This document shows positions 42,595-56,835 of a stretch of DNA of 64,000 nt, in pieces. Positions within the stretch are counted from its first letter, which is position 1, and each line of letters opens with the position of its first letter. The notes beneath the pieces are model-generated. The model did not search any database. It was not told where the DNA came from and worked only from the letters and a program-made list of their open reading frames with translations. The translations under genes were made by a program, and so were the position numbers. Source of the stretch: the human T2T-CHM13v2.0 reference genome, Homo sapiens. The stretch lies in assembly GCF_009914755.1 (NCBI RefSeq), contig NC_060948.1. One strand, written 5' to 3'.

Positions 42595-45500
42595 AGGGAA
42601 TGAAATTGAATCAACAGGAATGGAAGGGAATAGAATAGACGGTAATGGAATGGACTCGAATAGAATGGACACGAATGCTCAAATTGAATGGACTCGAATG
42701 GAATGGAAACGAAAGGAATGTCATCGAATGGAATTGAATCGATTGGAATGAAATCGCATAGAATGGAGTGGAATCAAATGGAATTGAATCGAAAGGAAAG
42801 GAAGCGAATGGACTGAAATGAAATGGAATGGAATTGAATGGAAAGTAATGCAATGGAATAGAATGGAACGAAATTTCACGGAATGGAATCAAACTGAATG
42901 GAATCAAATCAATGGAATCAAATCAAATGGAATGGAAAGGAATTGAATGGAGTAGATTGGATTGGATGGGATTGGAATGAAATGTACTGGAAAGGACTCG
43001 AATTTCATGAAACGGAATGGAATGAATTGGAACGGAATGGACTCGAATGGAATGGAATGTCATGGAATGGCATCAAATGGAATGGCATCAAATGGAATGA
43101 AATCGAATGCAATGGAATGCTATGGAATGGAATGGAATGCATTGGAATGGAATGTCCTCTAATGGAATGGATTCGAGTGGAATGGAATCGAATATAATGG
43201 AGTCGAATGAAATGGAATTGAAAGGAATGGGATCGAATATAATGGAATATACTGGAATGTAATGTAATGAACTCGAATGTAATTGACTGGAATGGAATGT
43301 ACATGAATGGAATGTAATCGAATGTAAAGTAATCCAATGGAATAGAATCTAATGCAATAAAATCGACTCAGATAGAGTAGAATGTAATGGAATGGAGTGC
43401 AGTGCAATGGAATGGAATGGAATGGAATGCAATGGAATGGAATGGAATGGAATGGGATGGAATGGGATGGAATGGTATGGAATGGATAGTAATGGACTGG
43501 AGTGAAATGGACTGGAAAGGAATGGACTCAAATTGAAAGGGCTCGAAAGGAATGGAGACAAATGGAATGGTCTGGAATGGAATGAACACGAATGTAATGC
43601 AATCCAATAGAATGGAGTCGAATGGCATGGAATATAAAGAAATGGAATCGAAGAGAATGGAAACAAATGGAATGGAATTGAATGGAATGGAATTGAATGG
43701 AATGGGAACGAATGGAGTGAAATTGTATGCAGTAGAAGAGAATAGAATGGAATGCAAGCGAAAGGAAAGGAATGGATTGGAATGGAATGGAATTCATTGG
43801 AATGGAAGGGAATGTAGTGTAATGGACAGTCCTGGAATAAAGTGGAATGCTACGGTCTCGAATGGAATAAAAATGTATGGAATGGAATGCAATGAAACGG
43901 AATCGAATGTCATAGAATGTAATGGAATGCAAAAAAATGGAATCCAAAATCATTGACTGGAAAGGCTGGGTGTCGAAAGGAATTGACTCCAATGGAATGG
44001 AATCGAATGGAATGGAAGTGAATAGAATCGAACTAAATCGAATGGAATGGAATTGATAGGAACGGAATGGAAAGGAATGCAATGATTTGGCATGGAATGG
44101 AATCGAATGGCATCGAATGGAATGGAATGGAATGCAATGGAATGGAATGTATTAGAATGTAATGAACTTTAATGGAATGTACTCGAATGGATTCGACTGG
44201 AATGGAATATTCTGGAAGTGAATGGACTCCAATGGAATGGATTCAAAAGGAATGGAATCGTACGGAATGGAATCTAACGGAATGGAATTAAATGGAAATG
44301 AAGCAAATTGAATAGCACGGAATTGAATTGAATGGAATGGAATGCAATGGAATCTAATGAAACGGAAAGGAAAGGAATGGAATGGAATGGAATGGGCTGG
44401 AATGGAAAGGAATCGAAACGAATGGAATGGAATCGAACTGAAGAGACTGGAATGGAATGCACTGGAATGGAAGGGAGTGTAATGGAAGGTTCTCGAAAAT
44501 AATGGAATCGAATGGAATGGAATTGAATGGAACGGAATAGAGTCGAATGGAATTGAATGGAATGGAATGGACTAGAGTGAAATGGAATCGAACCACAAGG
44601 AATGGACAGGAATAGAATGCTCTCGAATTGAATGGAATCGTATGGAATGGCATCAAACGGAATGGAATGGACAGCCACGGAATGGAATGCACTCGAATGC
44701 ACTGGAGTCGAAACTTATGGACTGGAATAGAATGGACTCGACTGGTACGGACTCCAATGGAATGGAATCGAATGGAAGGGATTCGAACGGAATGGACTCG
44801 AAGGGAAAAGACTGCAATGGAAAGGTCTCGAATGGAATGGAAATTAATGGAATGGAATGGAATCGAATGAAATGGAGTCAAAAGGAATGGAATCGAATGG
44901 CAAGAAATCGAATGTAATGGAATCGCAAGGAATTGATGTGAACGGAACGGAATGGAATGGAATCCAAAGGAATGGAATAGAATGGAATGGAATCGAATGG
45001 AAAGGACTCGAATGGAAATCACTCGAATAGAATGCAATTTAATAAAATAGGATCAAATGTAATGGAATGGAATGGAAAGGAATCGAAACGAAAGGAATGG
45101 AGACAGATGGAATGGAATGGAACAGAGAGCAATGGTATAGAATGGAATGGAATCATCTGGAATGGAATTGAATGGAATGGAATAATATGAAATGGAATGG
45201 AATGGAATGGAATGCCCTTGAATTAAATGGACTGGAATGGAATGGACTCGAACAGAGTGGAATGGAAAGTGTTGAGATAGAATGGAATGGACTCCTTTGG
45301 AATGGTGTAGTATGCAATGCAATAGACTGGCAGGGAATCAAAAGGAATGTAATCGAATGGATTGCACTGGAATGCAATGGACTCGAATAGATTGGAAACG
45401 GAATGCAAAGGAATGGAATGGAATAGTATGGAATGGAATGGAAAGGAATGGAGTGGAATAGACTAGAGTGGAAAGGAATGGACTGGAAAGCAATGGACTG

Positions 45501-46143
45501 GAATGGAACTTTCTTGAATGGACTGGAATCAAACGGAATGGAATGCAATGCAATCAAATGGCATGGAATAAAATAGAATGAAAGAGAATCAAATGGAATT
45601 GAATCGAATGGAATCGAATGGATTGGAAAGGAATAGAATGGAATGGAATGGAATTGACTCAAATGGAATGGACTAGAATGGAATGGATTCGAATGGAAGG
45701 CAAAGGAATGGAATCTATTGGAATGGACTGTAATGGAATGGAATGGAAGGGATTGGAATGGACTCGAATGGAATGGACTGCAATAGAAAGGATTCGAATG
45801 GAATGAAAAAGAATTGAATGGAATAGAACAGAATGGAATCAAATCGAATGAAATGGAATGGAATAGAAAGGAATGGAATGAAATGGAATGGAAAGGATTC
45901 GAATGGAATGCAATCGAATGGAATGGAATCGAACGGAATGGAATAAAATGGAAGAAAACTGGCAAGAAATGGAATCGAAATGCATGGAGTGTTATGGAAC
46001 GGACTCAAAAGGAATTGAATGTAATAGAATGGAGTGGAGTGGACTCGAATATAATGGACTGGAATGGAATGAAATCACATGGAATGGGAACGAATGGAAT
46101 GGAATGGAAAGGAATGGAATCGAATGGAAAGGAATCGAATGGA
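42595..46143 (+). repeat. Higher-order unit 13 (3549 bp)
   Basis: Landmark spacing. Shares unit 12 markers. HaeIII site mutated to GTCC at 43829-43832. Confidence 0.9.
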
Positions 46144-49100
46144 AGGGAATGAAATTGAATCAACAGGAATGGAAGGGAATAGAATAGACGGTAATGGAAT
46201 GGACTCGAATAGAATGGACACGAATGCTCAAATTGAATGGACTCGAATGGAATGGAAACGAAAGGAATGTCATTGAATGGAATTGAATCGATTGGAATGA
46301 AATCGCATAGAATGGAGTGGAATCAAATGGAATTGAATCGAAAGGAAAGGAAGCCAATGGACTGAAATGAAATGGAATGGAATTGAATGGAAAGTAATGC
46401 AATGGAATAGAATGGAACGAAATTTCACGGAATGGAATCAAACTGAATGGAATCAAATCAATGGAATCAAATCAAATGGAATGGAAAGGAATTGAATGGA
46501 GTAGATTGGATTGGATGGGATTGGAATGAAATGTACTGGAAAGGACTCGAATTTCATGAAACGGAATGGAATGAATTGGAACGGAATGGACTCGAATGGA
46601 ATGGAATGTCATGGAATGGCATCAAATGGAATGGCATCAAATGGAATGGAATCGAATGCAATGGAATGCTATGGAATGGAATGGAATGCATTGGAATGGA
46701 ATGTCCTCTAATGGAATGGATTCGAGTGGAATGGAATCGAATATAATGGAGTCGAATGAAATGGAATTGAAAGGAATGGGATCGAATACAATGGAATATA
46801 CTGGAATGTAATGTAATGAACTCGAATGTAATTGACTGGAATGGAATGTACATGAATGGAATGTAATCGAATGGAAAGTAATCCAATGGAATAGAATCTA
46901 ATGCAATAAAATCGACTCAGATAGAGTAGAATGTAATGGAATGGAGTGCAGTGCAATGGAATGGATTGGAATGGAATGCAATGGAATGGAATGGAATGGA
47001 ATGGAATGGAATGGAATGGGATGGAATGGGATGGAATGGTATGGAATGGATAGTAATGGACTGGAGTGAAATGGACTGGAAAGGAATGGACTCAAATTGA
47101 AAGGGCTCGAAAGGAATGGAGTCAAATGTAATGGTCTGGAATGGAATGAACACGAATGTAATGCAATCCAATAGAATGGAATCGAATGGCATGGAATATA
47201 AAGAAATGGAATCGAAGAGAATGGAAACAAATGGAATGGAATTGAATGGAATGGAATTGAATGGAATGGGAACGAATGGAGTGAAATTGTATGCAGTAGA
47301 AGGGAATAGAATGGAATGCAAGCGAAAGGAAAGGAATGGATTGGAATGGAATGGAACTCATTGGAATGGAAGGGAATGTAGTGTAATGGACAGGCCTGGA
47401 ATAAAGTGGAAAGCTACGGTCTCGAATGGAATAAAAATGTATGGAATGGAATGCAATGAAACGGAATCGAATGTCATAGAATGTAATGGAATGCAAAAAC
47501 ATGGAATCCAAAATCATTGACTGGAAAGGCTGGGTGTCGAAAGGAATTGACTCCAATGGAATGGAATCGAATGGAATGGAAGTGAATAGAATCGAACTAA
47601 ATCGAATGGAATGGAATTGATAGGAACGGAATGGAAAGGAATGCAATGATTTGGCATGGAATGGAATCGAATGGCATCGAATGGAATGGAATGGAATGCA
47701 ATGGAATGGAATGTATTAGAATGTAATGAACTTTAATGGAATGTACTCGAATGGATTCGACTGGAATGGAATGTTCTGGAAGTGAATGGACTTCAGCGGA
47801 ATGGATTCAAAAGGAATGGAATCGTACGGATTGGAATCTAATGGAATGCAATTAAATGGAAATGAATCAAATTGAATAGCACGGAATTGAATTGAATGGA
47901 ATGGAATGCAATGGAATCTAATGAAACGGAAAGGAAAGGAATGGAATGGAATGGAATGGGCTGGAATGGAAAGGAATCGAAACGAATGGAATGGAATCGA
48001 ACTGAAGAGACTGGAATGGAATGCACTGGAATGGAAGGGAGTGTAATGGAAGGTTCTCGAAAAAAATGGAATCGAATGGAATGGAATTGAATGGAACGGA
48101 ATAGAGTCGAATGGAATTGAATGGAATGGAATGGACTAGAGTGAAATGGAATCGAACCATAAGGAATGGACAGGAATAGAATGGTCTCGAATTGAATGGA
48201 ATCGTATGGAATGGCATCAAACGGAATGGAATGGACAGCCACGGAATGGAATGCACTCGAATGCAATGGAGTCGAAACTAATGGACTGGAATAGAATGGA
48301 CTCGACTGGTACGGACTCCAATGGAATGGAATCGAATGGAAGGGAATCGAACGGAATGGACTCGAAGGGAAAAGACTGCAATGGAAATGTCTCGAATGGA
48401 ATGGAAATTAATGGAATGGAATGGAATCGAATGAAATGGAGTCAAAAGGAATGGAATCGAATGGCAAGAAATCGAATGTAATGGAATCGCAAGGAATTGA
48501 TGTGAACGGAACGGAATGGAATGGAATCCAAAGGAATGGAATAGAATGGAATGGAATCGAATGGAAAGGACTCGAATGGAAATCACTCGAATAGAATGCA
48601 ATTTAATAAAATAGGATCAAATGTAATGGAATGGAATGGAAAGGAATCGAAACGAAAGGAATGGAGACAGATGGAATGGAATGGAACAGAGAGCAATGGT
48701 ATAGAATGGAATGGAATCATCTGGAATGGAATTGAATGGAATGGAATAATATGAAATGGAATGGAATGGAATGGAATGGAATGCCCTTGAATTAAATGGA
48801 CTGGAATGGAATGGACTCGAACAGAGTGGAATGGAAAGTGTTGAGATAGAATGGAATGGACTCCTTTGGAATGGTGTAGTATGCAATGCAATCGACTGGC
48901 AGGGAATCAAAAGGAATGTAATCGAATGGATTGGACTGGAATGCAATGGACTCGAATAGATTGGAAACGGAATGCAAAGGAATGGAATGGAATAGTATGG
49001 AATGGAATGGAAAGGAATGGAGTGGAATAGACTAGAGTGGAATGGAATGGACTGGAAAGCAATGGACTGGAATGGAACTTTCTTGAATGGAATGGAATCA

Positions 49101-49712
49101 AACGGAATGGAATGCAATGCAATCAAATGGCATGGTATAAAATAGAATGAAAGAGAATCAAATGGAATTGAATCGAATGGAATCGAATGGATTGGAAAGG
49201 AATAGAATGGAATGGAATGGAATTGACTCAAATGGAATGGACTAGAATGGAATGGATTCGAATGGAAGGCAAAGGAATGGAATCTATTGGAATGGACTGT
49301 AATGGAATGGAATGGAAGGGATTGGAATGGACTCGAATGGAATGGACTGCAATAGAAAGGATTCGAATGGAATGAAAAAGAATTGAATGGAATAGAACAG
49401 AATGGAATCAAATCGAATGAAATGGAATGGAATAGAAAGGAATGGAATGAAATGGAATGGAAAGGATTCGAATGGAATGCAATCGAATGGAATGGAATCG
49501 AACGGAATGGAATAAAATGGAAGAAAACTGGCAAGAAATGGAATCGAAATGAATGGAGTGTTATGGAACGGACTCAAAAGGAATTGAATGTAATAGAATG
49601 GAGTGGAGTGGACTCGAATATAATGGACTGGAATGGAATGAAATCACATGGAATGGGAACGAATGGAATGGAATGGAAAGGAATGGAATCGAATGGAAAG
49701 GAATCGAATGGA
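46144..49712 (+). repeat. Higher-order unit 14 (3569 bp)
   Basis: Landmark spacing. EcoRI site mutated to GAACTC at 47354-47359. Confidence 0.9.
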
Positions 49713-52700
49713 AGGGAATGAAATTGAATCAACAGGAATGGAAGGGAATAGAATAGACGGTAATGGAATGGACTCGAATAGAATGGACACGAATGCTCAA
49801 ATTGAATGGACTCGAATGGAATGGAAACGAAAGGAATGTCATCGAATGGAATTGAATCGATTGGAATGAAATCGCATAGAATGGAGTGGAATCAAATGGA
49901 ATTGAATCGAAAGGAAAGGAAGCGAATGGACTGAAATGAAATGGAATGGAATTGAATGGAAAGTAATGCAATGGAATAGAATGGAACGAAATTTCACGGA
50001 ATGGAATCAAACTGAATGGAATCAAATCAATGGAATCAAATCAAATGGAATGGAAAGGAATTGAATGGAGTAGATTGGATTGGATGGGATTGGAATGAAA
50101 TGTACTGGAAAGCACTCGAATTCCATGAAACGGAATGGAATGAATTGGAACGGAATGGACTCGAATGGAATGGAATGTCATGGAATGGCATCAAATGGAA
50201 TGGCATCAAATGGAATGGAATCGAATGCAATGGAATGCTATGGAATGGAATGGAATGCATTGGACTGGAATGTCCTCTAATGGAATGGATTCGAGTGGAA
50301 TGGAATCGAATATAATGGAGTCGAATGAAATGGAATTGAAAGGAATGGGATCGAATACAATGGAATATACTGGAATGTAATGTAATGAACTCGAATATAA
50401 TTGACTGGAATGGAATGTACATGAATGGAATGTAATCGAATGGAAAGTAATCCAATGGAATAGAATCTAATGCAATAAAATCGACTCAGATAGAGTAGAA
50501 TGTAATGGAATGGAGTGCAGTGGAATGGAATGGAATGGAATGGAATGCAATGGAATGGAATGGAATGGAATGGAATGGAATGGAATGGGATGGAATGGGA
50601 TGGAATGGTATGGAATGGATAGTAATGGACTGGAGTGAAATGGACTGGAAAGGAATGGACTCAAATTGAAAGGGCTCGAAAGGAATGGAGTCAAATGGAA
50701 TGATCTGGAATGGAATGAACACGAATGTAATGCAATCCAATAGAATGGAATCGAATGGCATGGAATATAAAGAAATGGAATCGAAGAGAATGGAAACAAA
50801 TGGAATGGAATTGAATGGAATGGAATTGAATGGAATGGGAACGAATGGAGTGAAATTGTATGCAGTAGAAGGGAATAGAATGGAATGCAAGCGAAAGGAA
50901 AGGAATGGATTGGAATGGAATGGAATTCATTGGAATGGAAGGGAATGTAGTGTAATGGACAGGCCTGGAATAAAGTGGAATGCTACGGTCTCGAATGGAA
51001 TAAAAATGTATGGAATGGAATGCAATGAAACGGAATCGAATGTCATAGAATGTAATGGAATGCAAAAAAATGGAATCCAAAATCATTGACTGGAAAGGCT
51101 GGGTGTCGAAAGGAATTGACTCCAATGGAATGGAATCGAATGGAATGGAAGTGAACAGAATCGAACTAAATCGAATGGAATGGAATTGATAGGAACGGAA
51201 TGGAAAGGAATGCAATGATTTGGCATGGAATGGAATCGAATGGCATCGAATGGAATGGAATGGAATGCAATGGAATGGAATGTATTAGAATGTAATGAAC
51301 TTTAATGGAATGTACTCGAATGGATTCGACTGGAATGGAATGTTCTGGAAGTGAATGGACTCCAATGGAATGGATTCAAAAGGAATGGAATCGTACGGAA
51401 TGGAATCTAATGGAATGGAATTAAATGGAAATGAATCAAATTGAATAGCACGGAATTGAATTGAATGGAATGGAATACAATGGAATCTAATGAAACGGAA
51501 AGGAAAGGAATGGAATGGAATGGAATGGGCTGGAATGGAAAGGAATCGAAACGAATGGAATGGAATCGAACTGAAGAGACTGGAATGGAATGCACTGGAA
51601 TGGAAGGGAGTGTAATGGAAGGTTCTCGAAAAAAATGGAATCGAATGGAATGGAATTGAATGGAACGGAATAGAGTCGAATGGAATTGAATGGAATGGAA
51701 TGGACTAGAGTGAAATGGAATCGAACCACAAGGAATGGGCAGGAATAGAATGGTCTCGAATTGAATGGAATCGTATGGAATGGCATCAAACGGAATGGAA
51801 TGGACAGCCACGGAATGGAATGCACTCGAATGCAATGGAGTCGAAACTAATGGACTGGAATAGAATGGACTCGACTGGTACGGACTCCAATGGAATGGAA
51901 TCGAATGGAAGGGAATCGAACGGAATGGACTCGAAGGGAAAAGACTGCAATGGAAAGGTCTCGAATGGAATGGAAATTAATGGGATGGAATGGAATCGAA
52001 TGAAATGGAGTCAAAAGGAATGGAATTGAATGGCAAGAAATCGAATGTAATGGAATCGCAAGGAATTGATGTGAACGGAACGGAATGGAATGGAATCCAA
52101 AGGAATAGAATAGAATGGAATGGAATCGAATGGAAAGGACTCGAATGGAAATCACTCGAATAGAATGCAATTTAATAAAATAGGATCAAATGTAATGGAA
52201 TGGAATGGAAAGGAATCGAAACGAAAGGAATGGAGACAGATGGAATGGAATGGAACAGAGAGCAATGGTATAGAATGGAATGGAATCATCTGGAATGGAA
52301 TTGAATGGAATGGAATAATATGAAATGGAATGGAATGGAATGGAATGGAATGCCCTTGAATTAAATGGACTGGAATGGAATGGACTCGAACAGAGTGGAA
52401 TGGAAAGTGTTGAGGTAGAATGGAATGGACTCCTTTGGAATGGTGTAGTATGCAATGCAATCGACTGGCAGGGAATCAAAAGGAATGTAATCGAATGGAT
52501 TGGACTGGAATGCAATGGACTCGAATAGATTGGAAACGGAATGCAAAGGAATGGAATGGAATAGTATGGAATGGAATGGAAAGGAATGGAGTGGAATAGA
52601 CTAGAGTGGAAAGGAATGGACTGGAAAGCAATGGATTGGAATGGAACTTTCTTGAATGGACTGGAATCAAACGGAATGGAATGCAATGCAATCAAATGGC

Positions 52701-53281
52701 ATGGAATAAAATAGAATGAAAGAGAATCAAATGGAATTGAATCGAATGGAATCGAATGGATTGGAAAGGAATAGAATGGAATGGAATGGAATTGACTCAA
52801 ATGGAATGGACTAGAATGGAATGGATTCGAATGGAAGGCAAAGGAATGGAATCTATTGGAATGGACTGTAATGGAATGGAATGGAAGGGATTGGAATGGA
52901 CCCGAATGTAATGGACTGCAATAGAAAGGATTCGAATGGAATGAAAAAGAATTGAATGGAATAGAACAGAATGGAATCAAATCGAATGAAATGGAATGGA
53001 ATAGAAAGGAATGGAATGAAATGGAATGGAAAGGATTCGAATGGAATGCAATCGAATGGAATGGAATCGAACGGAATGGAATAAAATGGAAGAAAACTGG
53101 CAAGAAATGGAATCGAAATGAATGGAGTGTTATGGAACGGACTCAAAAGGAATTGAATGTAATAGAATGGAGTGGAGTGGACTCGAATATAATGGACTGG
53201 AATGGAATGAAATCACATGGAATGGGAACGAATGGAATGGAATGGAAAGGAATGGAATCGAATGGAAAGGAATCGAATGGA
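49713..53281 (+). repeat. Higher-order unit 15 (3569 bp; dimer type X)
   Basis: Landmark spacing. Markers AAGCACTCGAATTCC, TGATCTGG, GTGAACAGAA. Confidence 0.9.
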
Positions 53282-56200
53282 AGGGAATGAAATTGAATCA
53301 ACAGGAATGGAAGGGAATAGAATAGACGGTAATGGAATGGACTCGAATAGAATGGACACGAATGCTCAAATTGAATGGACTCGAATGGAATGGAAACGAA
53401 AGGAATGTCATCGAACGGAATTGAATCGATTGGAATGAAATCGCATAGAATGGAGTGGAATCAAATGGAATTGAATCGAAAGGAAAGGAAGCGAATGGAC
53501 TGAAATGAAATGGAATGGAATTGAATGGAAAGTAATGCAATGGAATAGAATGGAACGAAATTTCACGGAATGGAATCAAACTGAATGGAATCAAGTCAAT
53601 GGAATCAAATCAAATGGAATGGAAAGGAATTGAATGGAGTAGATGGGATTGGATGGGATTGGAATGAAATGTACTGGAAAGGACTCGAATTTCATGAAAC
53701 GGAATGGAATGAATTGGAACGGAATGGACTCGAATGGAATGGAATGTCATGGAATGGCATCAAAGGGAATGGCATCAAATGGAATGGAATCGAATGCAAT
53801 GGAATGCTATGGAATGGAATGGAATGCATTGGAATGGAATGTCCTCTAATGGAATGGATTCGAGTGGAATGGAATCGAATATAATGGAGTCGAATGAAAT
53901 GGAATTGAAAGGAATGGGATCGAATAGAATGGAATATACTGGAATGTAATGTAATGAACTCGAATGTAATTGACTGCAATGGAATGTACATGAATGGAAT
54001 GTAATCGAATGGAAAGTAATCTAATGGAATAGAATCTAATGCAATAAAATCGACTCAGATAGAGTAGAATGTAATGGAATGGAGTGCAGTGCAATGGAAT
54101 GGAATGGAATGGAATACAATGGAATGGAATGGAATGGAATGGAATGGAATGGGATGGAATGGTATGGAATGGATAGTAATGGACTGGAGTGAAATGGACT
54201 GGAAAGGAATGGACTCAAATTGAAAGGGCTCGAAAGCAATGGAGTCAAATGGAATGGTCTGGAATGGAATGAACACGAATGTAATGCAATCCAATAGAAT
54301 GGAATCGAATGGCATGGAATATAAAGAAATGGAATCGAAGAGAATGGAAACAAATGGAATGGAATTGAATGGAATGGAATTGAATGGAATGGGAACGAAT
54401 GGAGTGAAATTGTATGCAGTAGAAGGGAATAGAATGGAATGCAAGCGAAAGGAAAGGAATGGATTGGAATGGAATGGAATTCATTGGAATGGAAGGGAAT
54501 GTAGTGTAATGGACAGGCCTGGAATAAAGTGGAATGCTACGGTCTCGAATGGAATAAAAATGTATGGAATGGAATGCAATGAAACGGAATCGAATGTCAT
54601 AGAATGTAATGGAATGCAACAAAATGGAATCCAAAATCATTGACTGGAAAGGCTGGGTGTCGAAAGGAATTGACTCCAATGGAATGGAATCGAATGGAAT
54701 GGAAGTGAATAGAATCGAACTAAATCGAATGGAATGGAATTGATAGGAACGGAATGGAAAGGAATGCAATGATTTGGCATGGAATGGAATCGAATGGCAT
54801 CGAATGGAATGGAATGGAATGCAATGGAATGGAATGTATTAGAATGTAATGAACTTTAATGGAATGTACTCGAATGGATTCGACTGGAATGGAATGTTCT
54901 GGAAGTGAATGGACTCCAATGGAATGGATTCAAAAGGAATGGAATCGTACGGAATGGAATCTAATGGAATGGAATTAAATGGAAATGAATCAAATTGAAT
55001 AGCACGGAATTGAATTGAATGGAATGGAATGCAATGGAATCTAATGAAACGGAAAGGAAAGGAATGGAATGGAATGGAATGGGCTGGAATGGAAAGGAAT
55101 CGAAACGAATGGAATGGAATCGAACTGAAGAGACTGGAATGGAATGCACTGGAATGGAAGGGAGTGTAATGGAAGGTTCTCGAAAAAAATGGAATCGAAT
55201 GGAATGGAATTGAATGGAACGGAATAGAGTCGAATGGAATTGAATGGAATGGAATGGACTAGAGTGAAATGGAATCGAACCACAAGGAATGGACAGGAAT
55301 AGAATGGTCTCGAATTGAAATGAATCGTATGGAATGGCATCAAACGGAATGGAATGGACAGCCACGGAATGGAATGCACTCGAATGCAATGGAGTCGAAA
55401 CTAATGGACTGGAATAGAATGGACTCGACTGGTACGGACTCCAATGGAATGGAATGGAATGGAAGGGAATCGAACGGAATGGACTCGAAGGGAAAAGACT
55501 GCAATGGAAAGGTCTCGAATGGAATGGAAATTAATGGAATGGAATGGAATCGAATGAAATGGAGTCAAAAGGAATGGAATCGAATGGCAAGAAATCGAAT
55601 GTAATGGAATCGCAAGGAATTGATGTGAACGGAACGGAATGGAATGGAATCCAAAGGAATGGAATAGAATGGAATGGAATCGAATGGAAAGGACTCGAAT
55701 GGAAATCACTCGAATAGAATGCAATTTAATAAAATAGGATCAAATGTAATGGAATGGAATGGAAAGGAATCGAAACGAAAGGAATGGAGACAGATGGAAT
55801 GGAATGGAACAGAGAGCAATGGTATAGAATGGAATGGAATCATCTGGAATGGAATTGAATGGAATGGAATAATATGAAATGGAATGGAATGGAATGGAAT
55901 GGAATGCCCTTGAATTAAATGGACTGGAATGGAATGCACTCGAACAGAGTGGAAAGGAAAGTGTTGAGATAGAATGGAATGGACTCCTTTGGAATGGTGT
56001 AGTATGCAATGCAATCGACTGGCAGGGAATCAAAAGGAATGTAATCGAATGGATTGGACTGGAATGCAATGGACTCGAATAGATTGGAAACGGAATGCAA
56101 AGGAATGGAATGGAATAGTATGGAATGGAATGGAAAGGAATGGAGTGGAATAGACTAGAGTGGAATGGAATGGACTGGAAAGCAATGGACTGGAATGGAA

Positions 56201-56835
56201 GTTTCTTGAATGGACTGGAATCAAACGGAATGGAATGCAATGCAATCAAATGGCATGGAATAAAATAGAATGAAAGAGAATCAAATGGAATTGAATCGAA
56301 TGGAATCGAATGGATTGGAAAGGAATAGAATGGAATGGAATGGAATTGACTCAAATGGAATGGACTAGAATGGAATGGATTCGAATGGAAGGCAAAGGAA
56401 TGGAATCTATTGGAATGGACTGTAATGGAATGGAATGGAAGGGATTGGAATGGACTCGAATGGAATGGACTGCAATAGAAAGGATTCGAATGGAATGAAA
56501 AAGAATTGAATGGAATAGAACAGAATGGAATCAAATCGAATGAAATGGAATGGAATAGAAAGGAATGGAATGAAATGGAATGGAAAGGATTCGAATGGAA
56601 TGCAATCGAATGGAATGGAATCGAACGGAATGGAATAAAATGGAAGAAAACTGGCAAGAAATGGAATCGAAATGAATGGAGTGTTATGGAACGGACTCAA
56701 AAGGAATTGAATGTAATAGAATGGAGTGGAGTGGACTCGAATATAATGGACTGGAATGGAATGAAATCACATGGAATGGGAACGAATGGAATGGAATGGA
56801 AAGGAATGGAATCGAATGGAAAGGAATCGAATGGA
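53282..56835 (+). repeat. Higher-order unit 16 (3554 bp; dimer type Y)
   Basis: Landmark spacing. Markers TCAAGTCAAT, CGAAAGCAAT, GGAATACAAT. Confidence 0.9.
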
